The notes: generated by a model not told the origin, from the letters alone. Numbered from the stretch's first letter, positions 14,078 through 27,970 are shown. The stretch is DNA of 64,000 bases from Haliotis rubra (GCF_003918875.1 NW_025767492.1:1-64000); one strand, 5' to 3'. A program made the numbers and translations.

Positions 14078-15139
14078 ATTACCGTGGAAGAGACCATGTG
14101 GACTTACAGTACTTTGCTACCTGCATGGACTCTAGCTGGATGAATACCATCCCTTGAGATGTTAGCGATTTTGATGAATTTAGCCATGAAATAAATTAAC
14201 ACATATCCTACTATTAAAAACATAAATACAAATAAATAGACTGTGAATGACGTGGAAATCTTACGTACCCTCCTCAGGGTAAGTACTTTACACTACTTCA
14301 ACCCCTTTGAGGATACGTTAAGCAACAAACAATCTCAGCTATCAACATATTCGTCCAAACCTTAAAATAATTACTTGGGTGTCCCACTTCTGGTGCATTA
14401 AATCACGGATATAAGATCTAATCAAAGGTTTCTAGTCAGTGTAGGGCATCATAAGTGGTGTCACAGATTTGTTGGGAGCCGCTTTTGCAGCAACATCAAC
14501 CAATGTGTTACCACAAATGTCAACAGGTTCACAGAATTATATTTGAAACAATTTTACATAATGAATTTCACTGACACATAACAGATTAACTGCACCTCGT
14601 AAGGCACGAGGATTCATTTGATAATTGGTTACGAGTCTACCAAACAAGTTTGATTTCGAATCCAGTAGTCAAGTTCCCCAGGAAATTATGCATATTCCCT
14701 GTATCATGTATACTCTGTTCTTGTATCATATGCTCGGCGTCATTAATGAAGGGTCAAGCTATTGGTAATACTATTTCTGAGAAAAGTTGTAAAAGTTTCG
14801 CTTTGTTTGACATATATACAACTGAATCGTTTTACCTTCTGGAAAATCACACCAGGCCGTTGAAATGGCATTATAACGTTCTTTAACGTCCGATACATTC
14901 TGTTACAAAAGGCACTTTTTAATTCTAAATTGTCAATGTGGAAATCAATCTGCCACTCTATGTCAATGATTGTATGTGCAAGTCGCTCTACCCATGGAAA
15001 GTGGAGGACAATACACATGCAGCTATGCTTTTTCAATGTCGTTCACTGTCATGTTCACGTACCTGTTTGAAATCCTCAGCTTAAATTAGACGGATATTTT
15101 ACACTTGCTGAAAGGGTCAGTCTATAGGCCTTTGGGAAT

Positions 15140-16430
15140 CTGGTGAAACTCAGCAGCAGGTTGTTGTCCACTATAACGTGAGTCAGAGTGCTATTGGTAG
15201 ACTCTGTCAGAGATTTCAAGCCAATGGGTCCGTGGAATATGCACGTCGACCAGGTCACCCCAGAGTCACAACAGTCCGAGATGATAGGGTACACGATTAA
15301 CACTGCGTGACGTAATATACTTCTTAACGCAGCAGATCTTCAGACAGCACACTTCAATGTTAACAATGTAAGGATATCCAGGAGCACCGTTCGTCATCGT
15401 TTAAGGCCGTCGGATTCCGGTGTAGGCGACCTGCTGTTCGTCCACCACTAACACCACGTCACAAATGGGCGGCTTCTTTATTCTCCATGAAGTTTTTAGT
15501 TAACATAATTTTATGATAACATTAATCTTTTATGTTATTTTGCTATGTTAATTCCTATGTATAGAATCAGTTCTGAGCTAAAATGATACATGCTAATGGG
15601 TCATTCTATAGAAAAGGGCAATTTCAGCTTTTGCTCTTAAGAAATTGTATTCGTATTGTTTGTAGATTTTATGTCTTCATGTTAACTACTCACGTTTGTA
15701 TGATTGGTATATTGCATCAGCAGAGAAGTTTGGACAAGACGTTTTCTTAAAATTTATTGGGACGTTGCAACTTTAAAATCAAAATGTCATTACCGCAACG
15801 ACGGCAAAATACTGATTTGGGAAAATCTAGTCATAGATTTTGTTTAAAACAGCTTCGAAATGGAAAAAGTTGTTAGGCGTCACATAAGTATATTTGTGCA
15901 ATAAATGGTCATTCTTCTAAATTATTTCGATGCATTTATGATTTGTTTAGTTTTTAGAATGAATGTAAACATAATAACTGAGGCAACAGTAACACTTTTC
16001 TCAAATAGTTATCAGAAAAGGATAAAACTATGAATTCCTTCATCCGTCCCATAAGTTAAAAGGCTTCAAAGAAATAATTGGTTGTATAATCATAAATAAT
16101 TCGTAAAAGGTGTTTGAGTACCTACGTGAGGCAGCTAGTTTGCGTGATCTGGACTTTTCTCCACGAACAATTCAACTGGATTTCTAGATTGTACATAATG
16201 ATCGTACAAGTAATGCATAGCTTTCATGGTCGACGCTCTTTACTGCAAGACGACAACGCCAGGCCTCACAGGGCCAGGACTGACACGGAATTCCTTAGGC
16301 AGCAGGGTGTAAAGCGGATAGAGTAACCAGCATGCTCGCCAGACCTCAACCAATTTGAGCGTGTTTGGGTGAACTCGGTCGACGTGTCACACATTATCAG
16401 TGGATGTTCCAGGACTCCGCAGTGTCTCAC
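15140..16430 (+). mobile_element. Degenerate Tc1-like transposase relic split by about 750 bp of unrelated sequence
   Basis: HTH-like segment (GHPRVTT) at about 15250; QDDNARPH and a SPDLN-like motif at 16245-16370. Confidence 0.6.
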
Positions 16431-17102
16431 GTTTGTCAACACATTAAACATTATGACAATCTTAGTTCTATTATTTTATTATTAACTTTTATTATCAATG
16501 TCCTATATATCATTTGACCCTTTGTAAATGACGCCGTATGTACTTTTATAAATATTTAAGACCGATATTCCGTGCAGTCGCTGTTTTTAACCAACAAATC
16601 ATGATCAAGGACGTAGAAAGGACAACAACGAGCACTGAGAACAATGAACGCTCTGATTACATCGCCCAGACGGCAGTGTCTTTCCATTGACAGTGTGTTC
16701 AACACACCCATATTGTACTGAACATATTGCTACCTTGTCAGGCAATGGAAAGCTCTTTCACGGAGTTTCGTCTCATCTGACTGTTTTGGGTAAAAGGTAA
16801 TCATTCAGTTTCATAGTCAACTACAAAATTGACACACGTGATGATGACATGCAGGAAAACATGTACTGTTTACACCAAAGCCAGCAGACTCTTACAACTT
16901 CAATACAGAATCGTATGGTGATCAACCTTCAGTTGTTGGAGATCTACAGGTTGGTTTTATTTGTGTTGTCCTCTGTAGTTAAAATGTTTTAGATTTAATT
17001 ACTGGTTTTACTTTTCTATCTGTGATAATCTAGTTATTTCACTGTCCTTCGTCGACAGGTTTTGTAATTTTATTCCACTTATTATCAGTTGATAACATTT
17101 TA

Positions 17103-17620
17103 GTGAGTGAGTGAGTGAGTTAAGATTTTAAGTCACATCGGCAATATTTCAGCCATCATGACTAAAACCATTGTATAGATTTATAATGTTTGACAAATAA
17201 ATCATAAACACCTGTTAACGAAGGACAGTAAAACAACTAGATAATCACAGATATATATTGAAAACTAGTAATTAAATCTAAAACGGTTTAACTATAGAGG
17301 ACGATACAATATAAAAAATAGGCTATAGATCGCCAACAACAGAAGGTAGATCACCATACAAGGGACCATGGGGACTTACAGTGCCTGTGCTACCTGCATG
17401 AACCCTAGATGGATTTTACACCATCCCTTCAGCTGCTGGCGATTGTAGGAATATTTAGCCAAACTTTAAAAGAACAAAAATACTACGCTTTTAAACATCT
17501 GGGAAGTTTATATTTAGCTTTGAAAGTTTTGGAACATACGTATCCGCTCAGGAGGACAATAATAGCATACCAGTATACAATAATACTACTTTAACCCCTT
17601 CGAGGATACAGCCACCAACA
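17103..17620 (-). mobile_element. Interspersed retroposon-like repeat with (ACTC)n tail
   Basis: Reverse complement of the 42708-43008 insertion; also matches 13780-14330. Confidence 0.7.
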
Positions 17621-18179
17621 ATCGTAGTTGTTAATTTTATACTACCATGTTTAAAATATCATTTTTCATTTACAAAACATATTATTCAAAATGTATCAAG
17701 TAATTCTATTTCCTTTAAAAAATCAATTCCTTAAATGATAATTAATATTTTATAATAGATCCTTAACTGTTTTGACATTGAAATATATTATTCTTTATGA
17801 TGAAAATCAATACAGTCAAGCAGGACATGCTTGACTGTGATTCTTTCATCAGAAGGATACAAAACGGAGGATCCTCACCTTTTAACAGGTATTCATGAGC
17901 ATATCTAGTATGTACTATACGAAATCGTCGTATAATGACCTCCCTCTAATCTAGATCAATAACCCAAGTAGGTGTAACCTTCGTGTTCTCAGAAATGCCG
18001 TAAATATAACTTCTCCTTTTAAGTCAATGATATGGTTGAAATATTGCCGGATGTTACTTCATAAATCTTAACTCACTCACTCAATACAGAATCAGTTTCT
18101 TGACGTCAAGCCTAAATTCTGAAAACGGCATACAACGCAACCATTACATTAATACCCCCCCTGCTCAGATATACGCTGA

Positions 18180-19384
18180 TAAAGGGTTCGTCTAAGTGAA
18201 GCCAACCGTCATATCGCCATTGGTTTGCTTGAAGCTGGCCAGTCTTAACGTGCAGTTGCCCGATCGACGCATGAATGTTCACCAAAGCACAATTTCACGG
18301 CTCTGGAGAGATATCGCCGGCAGATTGGGGCAGAAGATGCCCTCGTGGTGGGCGACCTCGAGCGACCACTGCGGCGCCGGATCGCTACATCCGGGTACAT
18401 CATCTGATTCATCGAACAGTTACGGCGACCAATACCGCCTCGACAAATACCCGGATTGAGGAGGCTTTCTGCACAGACCGTCAGGAACAGGTTGAGAGAT
18501 GCTGGTTTACGTTCCAGAAGACCATATTTTGGCCCCGTGCTTAGACAACAACATCGTCGACATCGAGTTCAATGGTGCACCAACGTTCAGGCCTGGAACC
18601 TACCGAATTGGCGTAGAATCTGGTTCAGTGATGAATCAAGATTTCTATTGGGACGACGCGATGGAAGAATTCAGGGTGTACAGACGTCGACGTGAACGTT
18701 TCGCCGACCTCTTGCGTTCCCCAGGGGACAGATTCGGCCGCGGCAGTGTTATGATGTGGGGGTTTACCTGCCATAGGAGAAGTGATTTGGTGATGATCCA
18801 GGGCAACCTGACAGCTCAACGGTATTGTGACGAAATCCTACGCCCACACCTCTTTCCAAGCATTGATCGCCAGAGGGAGTTTTTTCAACAGGACAATGTC
18901 AGGCCCCACACAGCACCTCACACTAAAGACTTCCTCCAGAACTACAACATCAATGTGCTCCCATGGCCCTCAAGATCACCGGACTTAAACCCGATCGAAC
19001 ATCTGTGGTATGCCCTGGACAGACGGGTGCAACGCCGTAACCCTCAGCCCCAGACACTTCAGCAACTCGCACAGGCACTACAGGCACTACAGGAAGAGTG
19101 GGCTGCGATTGGGCAACACGAGATTCTGAGACTTATTCGTTCGATGCCGAGGCGATGCCGTGCAGTTCTGGATGCCCACGGTGGTCACACTTCAGCGCCA
19201 CCACACGTCTCCATGTGACACTCAGACTGACTTTCCTCGAGTTGGTGCCAAAGACGGATAAGTCTGCATTCCCAGTGTGGAATTTAGCTATATTTCATTG
19301 ACTCATAAAGCCTACAAGATGTTTCAAAATAAACATGAAGATACAGTTGAAATTCCTATCTGCGTTTCTTTTTTGGGAGAGTAT
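18180..19384 (+). mobile_element. Tc1-family transposon, frameshifted, left end not found
   Basis: FSDESRF, QDNVRPH and SPDLNPIEHLW (DDE triad). Right-TIR-like TGCGTTTCTTTTTTGGGAGAGTA followed by TA. Confidence 0.9.
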
Positions 19385-20050
19385 ATATTTGTCTACTGAT
19401 CACTTGCCTATCATTATGATAATATGGTTTTCACTCATAAAAAGTTCAACCTTTTGGGTCAATCGGTAAGAAAGTAGAACATCCTCTTGGGAGAACATTT
19501 GATGTACACGGGAATGTGTGTGATCGCAACAGACAGTATTGTGTAATTACAATTATTGAAAGGCGATAGTTGACTTACAAGCACAAAAAACAACAACATG
19601 CAGTACTTTCGGATATAAAAAGGAATATGTCCCTTATTTACACTTCATTGAAAGAACACAACTCTGGATATATGTAACTGAGGGGACGTAACACCGAGTT
19701 CAGCATTTTACCCACATATTCTATGGTAACTATTGTCAGTTGTGGCCGGCTCTCGTGTTACGGGTCCCAGGAATTAGACACGTGTCCCTCACGTGCGAGA
19801 CGTTTATTCAGTAAACGAGGCCACATTCATTCTTGCAGGTGATAAGGTGCGCCACATGGATAATGGAAATTAAACATGAGAACAGTAGGCATGCATACAC
19901 CAATAATAATCAGAGACGATGAAATTATATAAATCACAAGTGATCAATGATAACAACACATATGAACCTGATCCGAGAATTACTTTCACTGTATATCATT
20001 GTCATTCACTCCTTCAACACAATAGCTTTTCGAACGTTCCAGCAGATTTT

Positions 20051-21589
20051 TTAGGGGCGGTGGGGTAGCAACATCACACGTTTATTACTCAAAATAATCC
20101 ACCATCGGTGGTACATGAGTATAACAAAGAGGTATGTTACATACAATATGTACAACAAGATGACTAAATGATGCATCAATTAAAGTGTTTGCAAACAATC
20201 TTGATGAACTTGGATACATTTTTAAGGGTAGATATTTTACTTGAAAACAGTTGACGGAATTTCGATAAATTTGGCCAGTAACTATAAGGTTCTTTTAACA
20301 ACGATTTACGTATGTCTGCAAAATAATTACATTTAAACAAATAGTGGAACTCATCTCCGACCAAATGTGAGTCACATAAGTTACAAACTCTGTGTTCTTT
20401 TGGTATATTTTGCCATCTCCCTGTTTCTATGGGGAGTTTATGGTTGCATGTTCTAAATTTTAGGATCGGTTTAGAAATAGCATCTGAGAGAAGTAGGTAT
20501 TGTTCAAAGTTTGGAGAGCGCTTCAGAACTTTATAGTATATTCCTTTAGAGGAATTTTGCATATCGCTCGTCCACGATTGTAAAAATTGGTCCTTTAAGA
20601 TAGATTCAACATTTGAAATGATCCATGAATTTGAGTATAGATGAGGGTTGTCAAAAACGTCAGGCAATCCTCACCTACAGAGAATATCTTTAATATGACT
20701 AAGCCAGACATAGTTATTCAATGTTTTGTTTTGTTTAGTAATATATTGAAGAATGAAAGTTGCTATTTTGTTATTTGGATGTGATAATGTCAATTTACAC
20801 CAGTACGAGATAAGTCGTTTCGAAATTTGAAGCTGAATAGGTTCCCTACCAAGCTCCCCGTACACCATGAAATTAGGGGTGTTATATTTTAAACCAGTTG
20901 CTAATTTAAGAAATTTTAGATGTACTCTTTCTATCATGTCAGTCTTCTCATGTCCCCATATTTCACATCCATACATCAATATTGGTACTATTAATCTATC
21001 AAATGCAGAAAGGAGCAGGTCCAGTGGTAACTTAACATTTCTGGCACGTTTTAGTAACGCTATTGATGCCTTCATACCAAGATCGGCTATGTGTTTAACA
21101 GCAAAATTCATACGACCATTTCTGTGTAGTAGAGTTCCCAGATATTTATAAGTGTCTACAACTTCTATTCTATCATCATATAGTGTAAACAATTTCTTAT
21201 AACTAGCTGCAGGTCCGGAACCAAAAACAATAATATTAGTTTTACTAATATTTACTTTAAGTTTCCATGTGTCGCAATATACAGCGAATTTATTCGGTGC
21301 ATGTTGTAAATCATCATGAGTTTCAGCTAAGAGGACTGTATCGTCAGCGTAAAGTAGAACTAGCAATTTTAGATAAATAATAAACTCATCATTATTTGTT
21401 TTAATTCAATACCGAAACATGCTTGTTCTTTGGGGTAGCCTAATGGTTAAAGCGTTGGCTCGTCACGCCGAAGACCCGGGTTCGAATCCCCACATGGGTA
21501 CAATGTGTTAAGCCCATTTCTGGTGTCCCCCACCGTGATGTTACTAGAATATTGCTAAAAGCGGCGTAAAACCAAACTCAGTCAGTCAG
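20051..21589 (+). mobile_element. tRNA-derived SINE interrupted by a LINE fragment
   Basis: TSD TCCAGCAGATTTT at 20038-20050 and 21590-21602. SINE head GGGGCGGTGGGGTAGC at about 20054-20069 resumes at 21431. Confidence 0.85.
20070..21430 (-). mobile_element. 5'-truncated LINE (RT C-terminal part + CCHC knuckle), RTE-X-like
   Basis: LLYADDTVL, YKYLG, HKLPIETGRW and C..C..GDEFHYLFKC, with one in-frame stop. TSD TGGGGTAGC at 20061-20069 and 21431-21439. Confidence 0.88.
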
Positions 21590-21811
21590 TCCAGCAGATT
21601 TTATAAATGTACATTGAATTTGTATCCGCATTTTCAAAAAAATATCGACTTAATAAAATTCCTGTTCAAACAGGTTTTCATGAATGCACGTTTACTGATG
21701 GATCAGAAGAATGTTTCCACCAATGAGAGCAATCGAGTTATTTATATGCGTTTCACTGGTCTCTCTCTTGGTTCTCTCAGTTGAATCAGAGGTCATACTT
21801 ACACAGTGAGC

Positions 21812-23349
21812 ATGAAGGAACGGAGGATTTGTTGTTATTTGGTCGGCTATATCGAATGGCTTTTCAGTGACTATTATCCTACAGCAGAGAATATCACCAG
21901 GTACGTAATGCATTGTTATTTAGTCAATGAATGTGTGATTCAAGACTAATCTTATGGATAACAACTTCTTGATTTATTTTTCACAACGTTTCTGGGCTAG
22001 TTCTTGCCCCTTGTTCAGGTGGATCCACCTGAAAATAAATCAAGAAGTTGTTATCCATAAGATTTGTCTTGTATTACTACACCAACTTCTAAATGCCTTT
22101 GAAGAATTTGATTGTGTGATTGTTCATGTAAAATGTCAATATATCTGAACGCCCGACTGTCTGTCTCTCTCTCTGTTCATCTTGTCTTCCTACCCACCCT
22201 GCAATATAAAATTGAACGTTACATGTAACTACAATAACATAAAAAGCTTTATTTAAACATCAGAATATAGGATTATATCATATGTTTCACTGATATACCG
22301 AGGATCGGAATTTGGATCAGAGTATCTTATCACAGTCAAGTCACCGGGACACATATTTATATCCGGGTTCTACAAAAACCAACACCAGCATCACCTATTG
22401 TAACACCATCAGTACACGTGTATCCTTGATTAATCCTTTTCCGGCTATCTGCGTACAGAACATTATCCTATAGCTTAAGCAGGTCATATTTTCTGTATGT
22501 TGCATTATTTGATCAGCAATCTCGACCAATAGACATAGCAACGTTATCTCCCTTGTACCACAGATGTTGAAGGAGATTGATGACTTCAACGAGGAGACTC
22601 AAAAGAAGGATATTACAGATGAAATGCCCGATCGTGGTGTAAGTTGAGTGTAGAATACAACGGAGAATTAACCTGCCCCTGTACAGTTATGATTCGCTTG
22701 AGTGTTACAATATGTTCAATATATACATATGTATAATTCTTAAAGGTGACATTGTAGTGGACATACATGAGATGAGAATCTCGACCTCTTTTAAAGGAAT
22801 AAGACAACATAATTCTAACAATCAGAAAAGGAAAATAGTAGCCCTAAGGATTGTGAATGAGTGAAACCTGATTGGTTCATATTTACCTGCAGATAGCATT
22901 ACACATGCACAGTTTCGTATGGTTGTTTTCATTTGTTTCAAAACTGCACCATACGAATTTAATATGTACTGTGTTGAATATTCCATTTCCCTTATTTTTA
23001 CTTCAGTACATTTACTTCTCTCAAAATGAACATTTGTTTTTGTTTCAGAGGGGACGACTGGGCCAGTCATCTGACAGAAGAACAACGGATGGCTCCTGTG
23101 ACAACGAAGTCTGTGTTGCTGGTGTCGGGGTGCCTGGGCGAAAGTTGGGAGACGGTCGGACTCCGACTAGGACTGTCCTATGTTTGTGTACAGAGGTGTA
23201 AGGTGCCTCACTGTATGCTGGACAAGTGGAGGATGAAGGAGGGTGGGAAGGCTACAGTGGACGTGCTGGTGAATGTCCTCCAGGAGAGTGTGTATGCCTG
23301 TACAGTGGACATGTTTACTGTAGTCAGGTGTTTTAAACACACTGCCTAA
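21812..23349 (+). pseudogene. Death-domain gene family A copy 1 (exons 21812-21900, 22564-22638, 23049-23349); frameshifted unless exon 2 is skipped
   Basis: Exon 1 is 89 nt (paralogs 90) and the start of exon 3 lacks 14 nt relative to copy 2. Canonical GT/AG sites; the DD frame is open. Confidence 0.65.
21941..22071. mobile_element. Small foldback/MITE insertion in intron 1 of A1
   Basis: About 40-bp inverted repeat CAAGACTAATCTTATGGATAACAACTTCTTGATTTATTTT / AAAATAAATCAAGAAGTTGTTATCCATAAGATTTGTCTTG, absent from paralogous introns. Confidence 0.7.
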
Positions 23350-23601
23350 TATTCACAACGTATATCACCGGTAGGCTCGGCAAAATGAGGATTATATTTC
23401 TTCAAAACTATTGACTGTGTTGCATTTGAATCTAGAAATAACACAAAAGTCTGTTACGTCTGAGATTACTATTACTGGTCATCTCCTTTTATCAATTTCC
23501 TGCGCCTAACTAATTTGGTTCCACGGAAAAACATATATGATCAGTTTAATGATTACTCTTGGTGATGATTTGTCACTACTATTTAGAAACAAAGACTAGA
23601 G

Positions 23602-23940
23602 GTGAGGTGGAATTGGGTTTTACGTCGTGCTTGAGAATATTTCGCTCATATGACGACGTGCATGTGTATGTGTATGTGCGGCTGCTTGTACTAGCCCAGA
23701 CTTAAGCTGGTTTTATAGTGCTAGCCCACTGAGATACCATGCCGCAGTGAAGCATGAATACCCACCCCACTCAGACCCCGAGCCGACCAGTCCTTGTTGT
23801 ACCCATTAATGCCGAGCGCCAGGCAGGGACCAACAAGTACCATATTTTAACGTCTTTTTGGTATGACGCGGTCGTGGATCGAACCCGCGACCTTCCGATC
23901 TCCGGGCGGATGCTTTAACCACTACACCACGGAGGCGGAC
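23602..23940 (-). mobile_element. Full-length tRNA-derived SINE
   Basis: tRNA head GTGGTGTAGTGG..GGTTCGATCC. 13-bp TSD ACAAAGACTAGAG (23589-23601, 23941-23953). Empty site in the paralog at about 49948. Confidence 0.9.
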
Positions 23941-24679
23941 ACAAAGACTAGAGATAAAGACTTTTCTGAATTGAAAAATAATAATGTGATAAGAGTTTAA
24001 TCACTGTAAATTAACATGCCTAACACGGAATAAAAAAGTCCTTTCATAAATGTACATTGAGCATTTTGGAGTTGATGTAGTGTTAGCATGTACCGTGTGT
24101 GCAGTTCGTTTGCTTTTTCACAAGGATGTTGTTTCAATGTCACTGCCAACCAAAGATACGTATAAGTATTCCACCATTGAGCTTACGTCTTGAAACAAAT
24201 CGCAATATTGTGGAGAAGGAACATTTCTATATTTGTTTCTTGTCCAAAAATCCTGGAAATGTGAGTTTCGTATTGATATAAATAATTTGAACCATATCAT
24301 CCACCCGTGAAGATCGGGTTAAAACTGGCTTCACTGTCTGGTCCACAATCGATCATTTACAGACCACTGTCATTTAGGTGGCATAGTTCTCAGTGCAGTG
24401 TAAATAACAAAGTAGCGTCTAGTTTAGATCCGATATTTGTAGCGGATCCGAAGAATCAATGTAATATTTGGGCATGCATGTATGCACGTTACATCAGTCA
24501 TCTTTGTTGAAGGCATTTCGTGGTTAGTGAAATGATCAATACACTTAATGATAAATGAATCATTTGAACGTTCCTGAAACAAATTTAAACATTCACTTTC
24601 AAATTGAGTCAAGGCGTTAAACGTATCAATTATTCCACACAGCAACAGATGAGGTCAGATGTGTCAAAATAGCTCAAAC

Positions 24680-25013
24680 CCGGAAGTATTTCCCTTTTTA
24701 TTTTTTAAAAAAACTAGAAACGGACCACACCTTGCTTGTAAAGTTGAAGCATGTATCGTAGATTATAGTCTTCTTATCATAAAAACATTAATGTTGGGTA
24801 TGTTTCAAATTGGGCGAAATCACAATCAAGTGCAAAATTTCTATCAACAGTGATACAAACAGTTTACATGTATGAAGATGCAAAATATTTATTTGAACTA
24901 TTTCAAATTCATATTTGTTTTTCAAGAGTGGTCAGGTTAGATGCTGAGACATTTTATTGACCAAGCACTCTTTCCCAATGATAGACAGGGTTAGAATGAC
25001 GTATCTATAAATA
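24680..25013 (+). promoter_or_regulatory. Candidate family-B promoter (ETS-like CCGGAAGT, TGACGT, TATA box)
   Basis: CCGGAAGT at 24680 and TATAAATA at 25006. Both are conserved in B2 (44292, 44608); the TATA is mutated in B3 (about 50942). Confidence 0.4.
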
Positions 25014-25127
25014 GTAACACGTCAAAACTATTTCAAGTAAATCCGAAAATTGTGATCCGTTACGTTACCACAACCTGTATCGACTGCATGGGACATGCAT
25101 AACGTAACGAGCTGCCATTGAGCCCAG

Positions 25128-25758
25128 ATGTCCTATGTCTTCAGGGGAGAACTGACTGAACATGTTCCGTCGGAGATTATTTGTACAGAGGATTTTTTAA
25201 GAGACGATTATCTTTTTCTCTTCAGGGGGATTTTCTGCTGCTATGGACAGTTTGAATTTCAGGTAGGACAAACATATATGTTTATGTATTTGTTGTATTA
25301 AGATATAATTGTTATTGTGATGTTGGTCGATTTATTACATTAAGTCATTAATCGTCACAAACATCTGTACCATCATGGCATTTTCTACAAAAAGAGCGGT
25401 ACTATTATATTTATGTTTGCAGCCATTATCCAGCGATGGTGGCTCAACAATACCTCTGACTGACGCTATTCAGGACTCCTGTCTCTCGGAGCAGCTTCTA
25501 CTGCGTGTAGCTGAGCATATTGGGGAGGGATTTGAAGCAGTGGGCATAAGACTGGGCCTACCCAAGGCGTTCATAGACAGATGTAAGATGTCACACTTCT
25601 CGCATCACATGCAGGTGTTTCACATGATGTACACGTGGAGGCAGTTAGCTGGGACACAAGCTACGGTTAGGGTTCTGATGGATGTTCTGGCAGACTCTGT
25701 TCACGTGTGTGATGTTGATGTGGACGCCGTTGTATTGCTGTTGAAGACAATGGAGTAA
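25128..25758 (+). CDS. Death-domain gene family B copy 1 (exon 1 ending 25262, exon 2 25423-25758)
   Basis: Donor CAG|GTAGGA and acceptor TTGCAG|CCA. Exon 1 ends IFCCYGQFEFQ. It is open from ATG 25128; the ATG homologous to B2 (25162) is out of frame because of two homopolymer insertions. Confidence 0.65.
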
Positions 25759-26258
25759 ATGTCATGGATTTGATTTATGATGTGAGTCAAAGGAAAAGCT
25801 GTAACCAGAAGCTGCAGGAAACATGTACTTGTAAACGCTGCACGCAGGAAAGAACGTATTTTGGTCTAATATATTTCTCTTCACAGTTATATGGGCCGAT
25901 ATCATATCTACCTGCTTCACATCCTAAAAAGAACCTTATTCATGAGTGTTCTATGCTCGTACACAGATGAGGAAGGATGGCTTCAACACTATTATACTGA
26001 GAAACATTCACACCTTGTATCCATGGTGGGATTTCTGTTGTGACGAATAAGAAACATATGTGCGTCATATAAACTCAGGTCAGCATGTTACTATAACGGC
26101 CATGAGAAGAGACCAGTAAACACTCTACGTTGTAGAAACGTTGTTGTTCCTCCATCAAAAGAAAGTGATCCTTTGTGTGTCTGTGTCAGTGTTTGTCTGT
26201 ATCTAGCTTGTGAAGCTGTGTCATGGACATCTCCCTGCTGCTGAGGCTGAAATATTAC

Positions 26259-26381
26259 ACACTGAAGATACGCCTGCTAACACTGAAGATACGCCTGCTA
26301 ACACTGGAGATACGCCTGCTAACACTGGAGATACGCCTGCTAACACTGGAGATACGCCTGCTAACACTGGAGATACGCCTG
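26259..26381. repeat. 21-bp minisatellite x6
   Basis: Unit ACACTGGAGATACGCCTGCTA; x4 at about 52220, x1 at about 35433 and about 45873. Confidence 0.9.
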
Positions 26382-27732
26382 ATCAGATAACTGCTGAGCT
26401 CTCGCTGTGTATAACAGTTACACGAGTGTCGCCTCAATGACGATCCGAACATTCTGACAATATGTCAGTGACAGGTTTTACGCTGGTCATCGATAAATAT
26501 GTCAGGTCACCACTGGGAACAACAGGAATTGCCTTCATATAGTGTCCCTAGTTGAGGTCATAGCTGCAAAACGTCTTCATATAAATGTATACGTAGCCTG
26601 TATATAAGTGTTAGATTGATATATTGCTTACATATATAATTATACTTTATGTCATAGAATATGAATAAAACATCATGTACAATGAGTATTTTGTTCTTGA
26701 AAATATGCGGAAGGGTATTTATCAAAAAAATATGTCGTTGTTGCTATCCTATCGGTAGCTTTTATCAGTTGTCAGGCTCTGGTGTTAAGGATCCCAGAGA
26801 TTACACATGTGACCTTCACGAATGATCGATGATAACAACACATGTGAACCTGATCCGAAAATTACTCTCACAAACATTAGTGCTTCCATTACATATACAC
26901 GCAAGTGGAGAGGCCTCTGTAACTCGAACTCATCTCACCACCAGACAATGCATCCTTGTTGCATTATTTGTAAATGGGTGGTCACGGGGTTATGGGGATG
27001 ATCCCGAGATTCTAAATGCTTTGAGGAAGGTAAAATGATATTTTTCGGATTTCTTCACAACTCTCAGATTGCTGCTAAAATCGGAGCCATTGTTTGTATT
27101 GTGAATATATATAGTTTGTAAACTATAAACTAGATTCGTTAAGGGTAAAAGAATCATTTTCATGGACAGGTGGCTGTCTTGACAAACAAATCATGCAGCA
27201 CAAAGATTTACAGGATCCGAAACTACAACAGAACACATGACACAGGACTCGATATATGATCCGAACTTTGCGATTCCGAGTTTTTCCACAGCTGAATCCG
27301 ACGGTTGTCGCAAGCCTGACACTTGCAACCAGTCCATGAGCTGCAAATTAACTATACCTCAGAAGATGTTGACTGGAACAAGCAAAGTAGTGGCTGAAAT
27401 GACCTAAGCGGATAACGATCCATGTTGTCCTCGTGTCCATCTTACTAGATCGGAGTGATTCCAGTTTTGCAGTACTGGCCCACTTAGACACTATGCTACA
27501 GTGTAACATGGTCACACCAGTCACACACAGTAAACCAACATGTGCTTATTAACTAAATACCGGGTGCCAGCAGAATAGCAACAAGAGCCGTCTTTCAGTG
27601 TATGTCTGTATTTGGCAGATGAGGATCGAACCACTGACCATCCGCTCTCCAGGAAGACACCCTGCCCACTACACCATGAAGGCAGACATGTATAGCGACA
27701 TGAGGGACAATATAGTTTATATGGAATTATTG

Positions 27733-27970
27733 TGAGTGAGTGAGTGAGATTAGCTTTACGCCGCACTCAGCAATATTCCAGCTATATGGCGGAGGACTGT
27801 AAATAATAGAATCCGGACCAGACAATCCCGTGATCAACTGTATGAACATCGATCTACGAATTTGGATACGTGTCAACCAAGTCAGCGAGCCAAACCACCC
27901 GATCCCGTTTGTCTCCTCTTACGACAAGCATGGGTTACTAAAGACCAATTCCACCTGGATTTTCACGAGT
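27733..27970 (-). mobile_element. (ACTC)n-tailed SINE
   Basis: Same family as 13826-14077. Shared with paralog 53618-53853 and absent from the paralogous spacers at about 40845 and about 47508. Confidence 0.85.

Noticed and set aside
23850-23940. tRNA gene (also 4649, 7280-7360, 21431, 27600-27685)
   Set aside because: The tRNA-like heads continue into SINE bodies, several with tails or TSDs, or are decayed. I saw no complete cloverleaf.
25243-25434. Alternative B model MDSLNF|SDGG using the second AG
   Set aside because: The first AG is stronger and matches the phase-0 register of families A and C, and B2 is fully open in that model. The second AG could still rescue B3.
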